Of a stretch of DNA of 64,000 bases, positions 9,536 to 18,487 are shown piece by piece. The DNA is taken from the NCBI GenBank assembly GCA_027490225.1, contig JAIXYK010000032.1, forward strand, positions 32,418 through 96,417, written 5' to 3'. Position numbers and translations under genes: made by a program. Within the stretch, counting starts at the first letter, position 1, and each line of letters begins with the position of its first letter. The stretch is from Bacteroidota bacterium (GTDB lineage Bacteria; Bacteroidota; Bacteroidia; M30B66). The notes under the pieces are model-generated. The model made no database searches. It was not told the DNA's origin and was given only the letters and a program-made list of their open reading frames with translations.

Positions 9536-10657
9536 ATGAAACAAGGTTTACTTTGCCTTATTCATATAGGAGACGACAAAAGGCTGCATTTAAAAGCAGA
9601 AGCTTTACGGGAAGAATTGAGTGATGATGTGAACACTGTTTGGCTGAGTGTTTCAGAATTGTATCTATACGACTTTGGTAATTTTGTTCCATTTATTATC
9701 TGTGTAATTAGCGATAGTAAAATAGAATGGCAAAATGAAGTAAATTTATTAAAATCAAAGTTTCCTCATTTCGTTTTAGGAATATATTCAGATGATATCT
9801 CTAGCATTCAAGCTTATGCAACAGGTTGCCAGTTTGTACTGCACTCAGAAGATAAACTTGGTAGTCAATTTTTATGGCAAATTGTTACTTCAAAACACTT
9901 AAACAACGAAAATCAAATATTAGAAAATCAAAGGCTTGAAAAATCTTTAGCGGAAATTCAATCCAAAAATAAAGAACTCGAAAAAATTAATTTTGAATTA
10001 GATCGATTTGTTTATTCTGCATCTCACGATTTACGATCACCCTTAACCTCTGTGCTTGGGTTATTGTATTTGTTAAGAACACAATTAATTGACGCTGAAT
10101 CTATTAAATATACAAATTTAATGGAAGAAAGCATTCTTAAATTAGATAATACAATTAAAGATATAGTAACATATTCCAGAAATAATAGGACGGATATTAT
10201 CAGAGAAAAGATTAAAGTAAAATCACTCATAAAAGATTTAGTCGATAATTTAAAATATTTAGAACCAACTGGAACATCATTAAATGAATCTATTGTTTTT
10301 AAAGGAATTAATATTCTCAATGCTGACAAAAACAGGCTTCAAACTATTTTAAATAATTTAATCTCAAATAGCATTAGATACAGGCAAACATCTCGTCAAT
10401 TAAAAATTCAAATAAAAACAGAAGTCACCGATGACAAGGTTATATTATCTGTCGAAGACAATGGAATAGGAATTAAAGAACAACATATAGATAGAATTTT
10501 TGATATGTTCTATCGTACAAATGATAGCAGCACTGGCTCTGGTCTTGGATTATATATTGTGAAAGAAACTATAAACAAATTAGGTGGAAGTATTCAGGTA
10601 AACTCTACAATTAATGAAGGAACTACTTTCATAGTTTCTTTTCCATTAGCTAATTAA
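9536..10657 (+). CDS. cytoplasmic sensor histidine kinase (HisKA plus HATPase_c) with a degenerate receiver-like N-terminal domain
   Basis: H-box SASHDLRSPL and G-box GSGLGLYIVK are present; there is no TM segment. Confidence 0.85.
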   Translation: MKQGLLCLIHIGDDKRLHLKAEALREELSDDVNTVWLSVSELYLYDFGNFVPFIICVISDSKIEWQNEVNLLKSKFPHFVLGIYSDDISSIQAYATGCQFVLHSEDKLGSQFLWQIVTSKHLNNENQILENQRLEKSLAEIQSKNKELEKINFELDRFVYSASHDLRSPLTSVLGLLYLLRTQLIDAESIKYTNLMEESILKLDNTIKDIVTYSRNNRTDIIREKIKVKSLIKDLVDNLKYLEPTGTSLNESIVFKGINILNADKNRLQTILNNLISNSIRYRQTSRQLKIQIKTEVTDDKVILSVEDNGIGIKEQHIDRIFDMFYRTNDSSTGSGLGLYIVKETINKLGGSIQVNSTINEGTTFIVSFPLAN

Positions 10658-10662
10658 TTATT

Positions 10663-11058
10663 ATGGAAAACACTTTTGAAGAAATAATTCTCATTGAAGA
10701 TAGTGAAATAGATGTTTTCATAAATACAAAAGTTATCGAATTGATGCAAATAACAGATCGTGTAGTTTCCCTGCCTTCCGGAGAAGCTGCGCTAGAATAC
10801 CTCAGCAATACGCAAAAAACATTCAATAAATCTTATTTAATATTCCTTGACATCAGAATGCCTAAAATGGATGGTTTTGAATTTCTCGAAAGTTTTCAAG
10901 CACTTCCTGAAAAAATAAAACAAAAAATTAGAATTGTAATGCTTTCTTCAACCATAGATACAATTGATTTAGAAAAAGCAAATGCCAATCCTTTTGTTTT
11001 AGCATTTATTCCCAAGCCACTGACAAGAGATAAAATTGCTAATTTGCAATTGATGTAA
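10663..11058 (+). CDS. single-domain response regulator (CheY-like receiver)
   Basis: Receiver motif LDIRMPKMDG with the conserved Asp; 131 aa with no output domain. The start is 6 nt after the kinase stop. Confidence 0.85.
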   Translation: MENTFEEIILIEDSEIDVFINTKVIELMQITDRVVSLPSGEAALEYLSNTQKTFNKSYLIFLDIRMPKMDGFEFLESFQALPEKIKQKIRIVMLSSTIDTIDLEKANANPFVLAFIPKPLTRDKIANLQLM

Positions 11059-11068
11059 AAATAAAAAA

Positions 11069-11101
11069 GGCGGATGTAATTAAATACATCCGCCTTTTTT
11101 T
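11069..11101. terminator. bidirectional rho-independent terminator
   Basis: Hairpin GGCGGATGTA-attaaa-TACATCCGCC flanked by an A-run on the 5' side and a T-run on the 3' side, between convergent genes. Confidence 0.8.
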
Positions 11102-11114
11102 GCATTTTTAAATA

Positions 11115-11996
11115 TTACTTTTCAACCGTAATAACCAAATATTTAGAAGATTTCCAGAAAGATTCGGAGTTTGTAATTGTTAAACTTTTTGCTTTCTTTT
11201 TACCATCCATTTCAATTTTGTAAGAAGATGTTGGATGCGTAGTAATTACCTTAGCAGATTTCGCATTAATTGGAATAGATGTTATTTTCGATACATCTAT
11301 TTGAGTAAAATAATCTTGATTAAAGTCGGATTTAAGAATTTTCTTTTTTCCTAATCCTAAAAATCCACCTTCTTTGTTTACTACTTTATTATCTCTTAAT
11401 TCTTTATATGTTCCTACAGCATAAAAAGCTGTGTTCATCTTAACTACCTGTTGTTCTATAACCTGTGTTTTACTAGCACTTTCGGTTTTCAAGTTAGATA
11501 CATTTGTATTTAACTCTGTAATCTGAATGTTTTGCGCAGCTAATTGCTCTTTTAAAGTTCCAATTTCTTTGTCTTTCTCAGCCAATTGCTCGGTCATTCG
11601 TTCAATTGTTTTTTCAAACTGTGAAATTTTAATATTTGATTTCTTCAGTTTTGATTGAAGATTAATAAGCTTCTGCTTATTTTCTTCCATTATCTCATTG
11701 ATATCATTGATATCTTGATTGATTCTATCTTTTGCTGTGCCCTGAAGTTCAGCTCCACCAGTAGCTGACGTTTTAATTGAGCCTTCTTTTTGTTTTACTT
11801 CTCTTAAATTATCTTCTATTTCATTCAATGATTCCATAAAAGAATTTATTGTGGAATCTTTTGAAGCTGCTTCTTTTGCAATGGCTTCTTTTTCAGCTTT
11901 TAATTTTTCTAATTCCGGATTAGGTTCATCTGCACTTTGACATCCGTTAAAAATTAAAGCAATACTTAATAGGGTTGAATACAACGCACTTTTCAT
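11115..11996 (-). CDS. coiled-coil lipoprotein, function unknown
   Basis: Lipobox ...LIFNGC, a long heptad-rich central region and a C-terminal beta-rich domain. Confidence 0.6.
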   Translation of the reverse strand: MKSALYSTLLSIALIFNGCQSADEPNPELEKLKAEKEAIAKEAASKDSTINSFMESLNEIEDNLREVKQKEGSIKTSATGGAELQGTAKDRINQDINDINEIMEENKQKLINLQSKLKKSNIKISQFEKTIERMTEQLAEKDKEIGTLKEQLAAQNIQITELNTNVSNLKTESASKTQVIEQQVVKMNTAFYAVGTYKELRDNKVVNKEGGFLGLGKKKILKSDFNQDYFTQIDVSKITSIPINAKSAKVITTHPTSSYKIEMDGKKKAKSLTITNSESFWKSSKYLVITVEK

Positions 11997-12174
11997 GGGC
12001 TATTTTTTTATGTTTCTATTTATGCGACAAAGTTAAAGCCTTTAAAAAGTAATAATAGCCATTTATTAAGTTAACCTTACAGAAAGAATTAACTACTCAA
12101 ACTATTATAAACACTGAGATTGTTGATAAATTTATATCTAAATCGACAATATTCGGAAAAAGAAAAAATAATGA

Positions 12175-13116
12175 TTACCTCAATTTTAGGATTGTCCCGG
12201 CAGCTGAGATTGCGCCCTTTTCAAGATTATTTAAAATATATAACCTATTTAATTTTATTGCAAATTTCTGTGAAACATCTTTTAAATTTTCATTCTCTCC
12301 GAGGCGGTAACTTTCTTGCACCGCTTTTCTTCGTTTTGGCTGAATATAAACGATTTCACCTTCCCTAAATTCATGATTCTCTTCTAAATCATTGTACTTT
12401 TTCAATTGCCAATGCATCAAATCTAATTCCTGAGTTAATGTTAAATAACTATCACCTTTCTTAGCCAAAACAAATTTAACATTATTATTTAATTCAATTT
12501 TTCTCCCAGTTTTTTTTGAAATTTCAAAATCCGAAAATTCACTTTTATCTGATTTGTTTTTATTTGATTTTGTAATAACTTTTGTTTCCTTTTTTATGAT
12601 GGCTGGTTTTGTATTCAACTTGTCATAAACATATAACTCATTTTCTTCGATTGTTTTTATAAGTAATTGGGCATACTGAGGATTAGTTGCATAACCTGCC
12701 GCTTTTAATCCTTTAGCCCAACCTTTATAATCGTCTTTGCTTAACTCAAAAAGAGATGAGTATCTCGCACCGTTCTTTAAAAACTTAGAATGGTCTTCAT
12801 ATGAAGCTAATACGTCCTTATACTTTCTAAAACACTCATTCTTTTCATCATCATCCTGATAAAATGTCTCACCTGTCCACTCCTTTTTACATTTAATTCC
12901 AAAATGATTATTTGCCGTTTTAGCCAAAATACTGTTACCCGCAGAAGATTCTAATATGCCTTGCCCTAACTTAATGGAAGCCGGAATTCCATATTTTTCC
13001 ATCTCTGTAATTGCAATATCCTTATATAAATCAACATAATTTTTCGGAGTGTATTTCGCCTGAGAATGCACTATTCCTGTAGAAATAAATAAAATAAAAG
13101 TTACTATTCTAACCAT
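12175..13116 (-). CDS. peptidoglycan hydrolase: N-acetylglucosaminidase (FlgJ-like) domain plus C-terminal LysM
   Basis: A signal peptide is followed by the motif GIPASIKLGQGILESSAG...NHFGIK typical of mannosyl-glycoprotein endo-beta-N-acetylglucosaminidases. A LysM-like segment sits at the C-terminus. Confidence 0.75.
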   Translation of the reverse strand: MVRIVTFILFISTGIVHSQAKYTPKNYVDLYKDIAITEMEKYGIPASIKLGQGILESSAGNSILAKTANNHFGIKCKKEWTGETFYQDDDEKNECFRKYKDVLASYEDHSKFLKNGARYSSLFELSKDDYKGWAKGLKAAGYATNPQYAQLLIKTIEENELYVYDKLNTKPAIIKKETKVITKSNKNKSDKSEFSDFEISKKTGRKIELNNNVKFVLAKKGDSYLTLTQELDLMHWQLKKYNDLEENHEFREGEIVYIQPKRRKAVQESYRLGENENLKDVSQKFAIKLNRLYILNNLEKGAISAAGTILKLR

Positions 13117-13198
13117 AAAACAAAGAAAAACACATTCGTCAAATTTTCAATACGTTTAAGAATTCATTTTTTAACGTAATTACACACATTCATTTTTA

Positions 13199-13206
13199 TA
13201 CCTTTG
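13199..13206 (+). promoter_or_regulatory. Bacteroidetes-type -7 element TAccTTTG upstream of queA
   Basis: TACCTTTGCAGCC lies ~23 nt upstream of the queA ATG and fits the TAnnTTTG sigma-A -7 consensus of Bacteroidota. Confidence 0.4.
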
Positions 13207-13228
13207 CAGCCCCAAAAAAAGTCATTCT

Positions 13229-14278
13229 ATGAAATTATCTCAGTTTAAGTTCAAGTTGCCTCCAGAACTCATTGCAGAGCGTCCTTCTGACAATCGTGAT
13301 GAATCCAGATTAATGGTACTTGACCGTAAAACCCAAACCATTCAACATAAAATGTTTCGTGACATTATGGATTATGTAGACGATGGAGATACTTTTATCA
13401 TAAATAATACAAAAGTTTTTCCTGCCCGTATGTACGGAAATAAGGAAAAAACAGGCGCTAAAATTGAAGTTTTTTTATTGCGCGAGTTAAATGCAGAAAG
13501 CAGACTTTGGGACGTATTAGTTGATCCTGCAAGAAAAATTAGAATAGGTAACAAATTGTACTTTGGCGACGATGACTCTCTTGTTGCAGAAGTTATTGAT
13601 AATACCACTTCTCGCGGAAGAACGCTTCGTTTTCTTTTTGACGGTCCACATGAAGAATTTAAAAAAGTGCTTTATTCTTTAGGTGAAACACCTATTCCAA
13701 AATACATTAACCGTAAACCGGATGAAGACGATACTGAACGTTTTCAAACTGTTTATGCGCGACATGAAGGTGCAGTTGCAGCTCCAACTGCAGGTTTGCA
13801 TTTTAGTAAAGAACTAATGAAACGCCTTGAACTTAAGGGTATTAACTTTGCAGAAGTTACGCTTCACGTAGGCCTTGGTAGTTTTAGAAATGTGGAAGTT
13901 GAAGATCTTAGCAAACACAAAATGGACAGCGAAGAGATGTATATTGATGAAGCTGCCACCATTATTGTGAACAAAGCAAAACTAGAGCGCAAAAAAATTA
14001 TCGCTGTAGGAACTACTACAATGAGAGCTATTGAAAGTTCGGTTTCTACAGAAGGCTTATTAAAGGAATATTCAGGTTGGACAAACAAGTTTATCTATCC
14101 ACCATACGATTTCAGAGTTGCTAATGCATTGGTTACAAATTTCCACATGCCAATGAGTACTTTACTTATAATGGTTTCTGCTTTTGCTGGTCATGATTTT
14201 TTAATGGAAGCATATAAAGAAGCTGTTAAAGAAAAATATAGATTCTTCACCTATGGTGATGCTATGTTGGTGATTTAA
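13229..14278 (+). CDS. queA: S-adenosylmethionine:tRNA ribosyltransferase-isomerase
   Basis: Colinear similarity to QueA throughout: [41 protein letters not shown]. Confidence 0.95.
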   Translation: MKLSQFKFKLPPELIAERPSDNRDESRLMVLDRKTQTIQHKMFRDIMDYVDDGDTFIINNTKVFPARMYGNKEKTGAKIEVFLLRELNAESRLWDVLVDPARKIRIGNKLYFGDDDSLVAEVIDNTTSRGRTLRFLFDGPHEEFKKVLYSLGETPIPKYINRKPDEDDTERFQTVYARHEGAVAAPTAGLHFSKELMKRLELKGINFAEVTLHVGLGSFRNVEVEDLSKHKMDSEEMYIDEAATIIVNKAKLERKKIIAVGTTTMRAIESSVSTEGLLKEYSGWTNKFIYPPYDFRVANALVTNFHMPMSTLLIMVSAFAGHDFLMEAYKEAVKEKYRFFTYGDAMLVI

Positions 14279-14950
14279 ATGCAAAAAACTCATGTTATAA
14301 TTGTAGCAGGAGGAAGCGGAAGCAGAATGGGTGCAGAAATCCCTAAACAATTTCTGCATTTCGCTGGGAAACCAATTTTGTTGCATACCATTGAAAAGTT
14401 TTATGCTACAAATGCAGCATACAATTTAATTCTTGTACTACCTGAATCGCATTTCGGCGCTTGGGAAGAGATTATTCAGCAATTTAATTGTACCATTCCT
14501 CATCAATTAGTGAAAGGAGGAAATACGCGTTTCCATTCAGTAAAAAATGGATTAGCATTAGTAAATGATGGATTTGTTGCGGTTCATGATGCCGTACGCC
14601 CATTGGTTACAAGCAATACAATTTTAAATACACTTGAAGCTGCATTTATCCACGGGGCAGCAATTCCTGTAATTGAAAGCACTGATTCGGTAAGAATACT
14701 GTCAGACAATGGTTCGGTTCCCCTCACAAGGTCTTTGTTAAGAAATGTACAAACTCCTCAATGTTTTGATACCAGCATTCTTAAACAAGCAATGCAGCAA
14801 GAATTTAATCAGGAGTTTACAGATTGTGCAAGTGTTGTCCAGAAAGCGGGTTTTCCTATTTTTTTAAGTGAAGGGAATATTGAAAACATTAAAATTACTA
14901 CTCCTTTGGATTTAAAGATTGCTGAATGTATTCGCACTCAGTTTGATTAA
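14279..14950 (+). CDS. ispD: 2-C-methyl-D-erythritol 4-phosphate cytidylyltransferase
   Basis: N-terminal motif VIIVAGGSGSRMG...PKQF and IspD length and fold motifs. Confidence 0.9.
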   Translation: MQKTHVIIVAGGSGSRMGAEIPKQFLHFAGKPILLHTIEKFYATNAAYNLILVLPESHFGAWEEIIQQFNCTIPHQLVKGGNTRFHSVKNGLALVNDGFVAVHDAVRPLVTSNTILNTLEAAFIHGAAIPVIESTDSVRILSDNGSVPLTRSLLRNVQTPQCFDTSILKQAMQQEFNQEFTDCASVVQKAGFPIFLSEGNIENIKITTPLDLKIAECIRTQFD

Positions 14951-15034
14951 AAATTGTCGATGACTTTTGTCAATTTCATACAAAGATTGATAATGTAATT
15001 TGGTTATAATAATTGAAATGATTCCCTTTGCCCA

Positions 15035-16324
15035 ATGAATATATTAATAATTGGCTCCGGTGGAAGAGAGCACACAATTGCCTGGAAAATCAGTCAAAGC
15101 GCCCAACTAGATGCGCTTTTTATTGTTCCCGGCAATGCGGGAACAGAAGAATTTGGAGAAAATGTAGATTTAAAAACTACAGATTTTGAAGGAATCGCAA
15201 ATCTTGTGTTGGAAAACAACATTACCATGGTAATTGTTGGACCAGAAGATCCTTTGGTAGCCGGCATTTCAGATTATTTCAGCAGTAATAAATTGCTTCA
15301 ACACGTTGCACTCATTGGACCTTCAAAAACAGCAGCTCAATTGGAAGGAAGCAAAGACTTTTCTAAGGCTTTCATGGGCAGACATAATATTCCCACTGCT
15401 GCATATAAAAGTTTTACAAAAAATGAGTTACCACAATCTTTCGAATTCCTGCAAACCTTAAAAGCTCCTTATGTCATAAAAGCTTCTGGTCTCGCTGCAG
15501 GAAAGGGTGTTATTATTGAAAACGAAATCGATAAAGCAAAATCTGCAATTGAAGAAATGTTTTCTGGAAAATTCGGAAATGCGGGAGAAACAGTTGTAAT
15601 TGAAGAATTCTTAGATGGAATAGAATGTTCTGTTTTCGCACTTTGTGATGGAAAAAATTTCCTCTTACTGCCAGAAGCAAAAGACTACAAGCGTATTGGA
15701 GAAAATGATTCGGGTTTGAATACCGGAGGTATGGGAGCTGTTTCTCCAGTTCCGTTTTTTGATGATTTATTGAAACAAAAAGTAATTGACCGAATAGTAA
15801 CACCAACGCTTTCTGGATTAAACCAAGAAGGAATTCCTTACGTTGGTTTTCTTTTCATTGGTTTAATGATTGTAAATCAAGAACCTTATGTAATAGAATA
15901 TAACTGCAGGCTTGGTGACCCAGAAACTGAAGTGGTGTTGCCTAGAATTAAAAATGATTTAATCGAATTGTTTAAGCATGTAGCTTCAGGAACCCTCGAA
16001 AGTCAACAAATAGAGATTGACCATCAAACGGCACTTACAGTAATGTGCGTATCTGGCGGCTATCCGGAACATTTTGAAAAAAATAAAAAAATTGAAGGTC
16101 TTGAATTACTTAAAAATGAACTTGTTTTTCACGCTGGAACGAAAACTACAAATGACAGTGTTTTAACTTGTGGTGGTCGCGTATTGGCTTTCACATCTTT
16201 AGGAGATTCAATTGAGGCTTGTCGAACTAACTCCTATAAATCCATTTCGAAAATTTGTTACGATGGGATTTATTTTAGAAAAGACATTGGCCAAGATTTA
16301 TTATCATTTGAAATAAAAAATTAA
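15035..16324 (+). CDS. purD: phosphoribosylamine--glycine ligase
   Basis: MNILIIGSGGREHTIAWK... plus ATP-grasp motifs; 429 aa. Confidence 0.95.
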   Translation: MNILIIGSGGREHTIAWKISQSAQLDALFIVPGNAGTEEFGENVDLKTTDFEGIANLVLENNITMVIVGPEDPLVAGISDYFSSNKLLQHVALIGPSKTAAQLEGSKDFSKAFMGRHNIPTAAYKSFTKNELPQSFEFLQTLKAPYVIKASGLAAGKGVIIENEIDKAKSAIEEMFSGKFGNAGETVVIEEFLDGIECSVFALCDGKNFLLLPEAKDYKRIGENDSGLNTGGMGAVSPVPFFDDLLKQKVIDRIVTPTLSGLNQEGIPYVGFLFIGLMIVNQEPYVIEYNCRLGDPETEVVLPRIKNDLIELFKHVASGTLESQQIEIDHQTALTVMCVSGGYPEHFEKNKKIEGLELLKNELVFHAGTKTTNDSVLTCGGRVLAFTSLGDSIEACRTNSYKSISKICYDGIYFRKDIGQDLLSFEIKN

Positions 16325-16327
16325 TCA

Positions 16328-17287
16328 ATGGAAATAGCAAACGATATTCAAGAAAGATTGCAGCAGCTGCAAGAAAAGTACGCTGTAATGGGGCAGGATT
16401 TAAGTTCTTATTTAGACGGTCTGTTGTATGCAGATTATTTAACTTATTGGGATTATGTTCACTTAGACACTTTGTTAAGTTTACAGTCTCCAAGAACTTC
16501 ATTCCCCGACGAAACTATTTTCATTATATATCATCAAATTACAGAACTTTATTTTAAACTGTGTTTGCATGAATTCGAACAAATAGGCAATCACGCTGAA
16601 CTTACCGCTAATTTTATGAATGAACGTGTAAGCCGAATAAACAGGTATTTCGAAAACCTTACCCATTCTTTTTTGATTATGGTTGATGGGATGGACAAAG
16701 AGCAATTTCTCAAATATAGAATGTCTCTTTTACCTGCAAGTGGTTTTCAAAGTGCACAGTACAGAATGATTGAAATCTGTTCAACTGATTTTTTTAATTT
16801 AATAGATAAAGACCACAGAGATAAATTTAATGAAAGTAATACCGACATTAAATCTCAATTCGAATACATCTATTGGAAAGCTGGTGCAACCGAATTAAAA
16901 AGTGGAAAAAAGACGCTTACTTTAGAGCAGTTTGAGAAGAAATACTCAAAGGTTTTAATTGAGTTATCAGAAAAAAATATCCTTACAAACCTATTTGCTT
17001 GTTACAGAAAACTGGCAGCTAAAGGTGAAGATATGACTGAAATTAAAAATTCACTTAAAAAATTAGATGTGCTGGTCAATATTAACTGGCCATTATCTCA
17101 TTACAAAAGTGCTGTGAGGTATTTACAAAAAGACCCCGAAGACATAAAAGCAACAGGTGGAACTAACTGGCAAAAATATTTACCTCCACGTTTTCAAAAA
17201 AGAATCTTCTATCCATCTCTTTGGACAGCAGATGAAATAGAAAACTGGGGAAAAGGTTGGGTAGAAGTTGAGGTATTTGGCAAATAA
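16328..17287 (+). CDS. kynA: tryptophan 2,3-dioxygenase
   Basis: TDO motif YLTYWDYVHLDTLLSLQSP and the heme-pocket helices; the ~320 aa length is typical of bacterial TDO. Confidence 0.8.
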   Translation: MEIANDIQERLQQLQEKYAVMGQDLSSYLDGLLYADYLTYWDYVHLDTLLSLQSPRTSFPDETIFIIYHQITELYFKLCLHEFEQIGNHAELTANFMNERVSRINRYFENLTHSFLIMVDGMDKEQFLKYRMSLLPASGFQSAQYRMIEICSTDFFNLIDKDHRDKFNESNTDIKSQFEYIYWKAGATELKSGKKTLTLEQFEKKYSKVLIELSEKNILTNLFACYRKLAAKGEDMTEIKNSLKKLDVLVNINWPLSHYKSAVRYLQKDPEDIKATGGTNWQKYLPPRFQKRIFYPSLWTADEIENWGKGWVEVEVFGK

Positions 17288-17992
17288 TTATCTTACCTTT
17301 TCTATAGAAAAACCCTCTATACTCACTCCATTAACCAAAGCAGTTCCTTGAGCAGCCGTAATTTGTATAGGAACAATTGCTGATAAATCTTGAATTCCTG
17401 TAAATATATCAGCAACAGCCAAATTGTTTACTGATAGCGTTCCTGACATTTTAATTTCAGTAGCCGTTTTGCGGTAAACCCTTACTTGTGCTGTCCAATT
17501 TCCTGGAGTCCCAATTGGAAACGAAATTACGTTTGGGCCAAATTTGAACCTCAAAATACAAGTATCAGCTGTAATTTGTCCAAATGCATTGATTTCTATT
17601 ATTTCATTATTATTTCCTAAAGTATTCGCCGCCATTGCATATGAACCTATTACAGTTTCATTGGTAACGGCTATTCCTGCCTGATCCATCGAACTAAACA
17701 ATATGGAAGATGGAACACTTGGTGCGGCTTGAACCAATTCTTGCCAACTTTCTCCGTTAAAATACCAAAAAGATACTGTGTTTGTGTCATAAACCATTAA
17801 GCCTTCGGCAGGAAGATTTATTGCATTTCTTTCTGTTGTAGAAAGGCGAGGCATAAGAAATCCTTGAGTCGAAGATGAAACATGCAAACGTGCACTTGCA
17901 TCTGGATTATTGGTCCCAATTCCAACGTTTTCAATTTGACCGAATAAAAGTTGAGGTAAAACCAATAGGAATGATATGATTATTTGCTTCAT
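17288..17992 (-). CDS. secreted hypothetical protein
   Basis: Signal peptide MKQIIISFLLVLPQLLFGQ. The N-terminal motif GIGTNNP...PRLSTTERNAI...GLMVYDT is a recurring Bacteroidota module of unknown function. Confidence 0.55.
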   Translation of the reverse strand: MKQIIISFLLVLPQLLFGQIENVGIGTNNPDASARLHVSSSTQGFLMPRLSTTERNAINLPAEGLMVYDTNTVSFWYFNGESWQELVQAAPSVPSSILFSSMDQAGIAVTNETVIGSYAMAANTLGNNNEIIEINAFGQITADTCILRFKFGPNVISFPIGTPGNWTAQVRVYRKTATEIKMSGTLSVNNLAVADIFTGIQDLSAIVPIQITAAQGTALVNGVSIEGFSIEKVR

Positions 17993-18074
17993 GGCACAAA
18001 ATTAAACAAAGTGTGCACTTTACCGTAAAATTTTCTGTAGTGCTTTGCGTTTAAATTTTCCCTTTTTTTGCATA

Positions 18075-18236
18075 ATGAAACTCTCACTTCAACTTCGTGT
18101 GTTATTTGCTTTTATAGCATTAAGTTTATTGTTAAGCGCATGCAGTCTTTTTAAAAAGAAATGTGATTGTCCTGACCATAGAAGAGCAAAACGTGTTGCA
18201 ACTATAATAGATAAATCGCTAAATTCGCAAACTTAG
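18075..18236 (+). CDS. possible small lipoprotein
   Basis: MKLSLQLRVLFAFIALSLLLSAC has a signal sequence and lipobox, followed by a short Cys-rich tail. It is very short, so evidence is weak. Confidence 0.25.
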   Translation: MKLSLQLRVLFAFIALSLLLSACSLFKKKCDCPDHRRAKRVATIIDKSLNSQT

Positions 18237-18258
18237 AATTAATCTAAATAAGAGTGTT

Positions 18259-18483
18259 TTGCGCGCATTGATTGAGTTGGCAGTAAACGAAACTGCTATA
18301 ATTTTAAATTTTTCTGATTCAGAAATTGCTTTAAAATTGTTGGAATTGGGCTGTTTGCCCGGTGCAAACATTCAACTATTGCATAAAGCTCCGATGGGAG
18401 ATCCTTTTGCATATCTAATAGATGGTTCAATAATTACGATGAGGAAGAAGGAAGCTGCTACCGTTATGATTCAATCAAAATAG
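18259..18483 (+). CDS. feoA: ferrous iron transport protein A
   Basis: 74-aa SH3-like FeoA domain (LxxLGxxPGxxI), directly upstream of feoB. Confidence 0.8.
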   Translation: MRALIELAVNETAIILNFSDSEIALKLLELGCLPGANIQLLHKAPMGDPFAYLIDGSIITMRKKEAATVMIQSK

Positions 18484-18487
18484 TATT

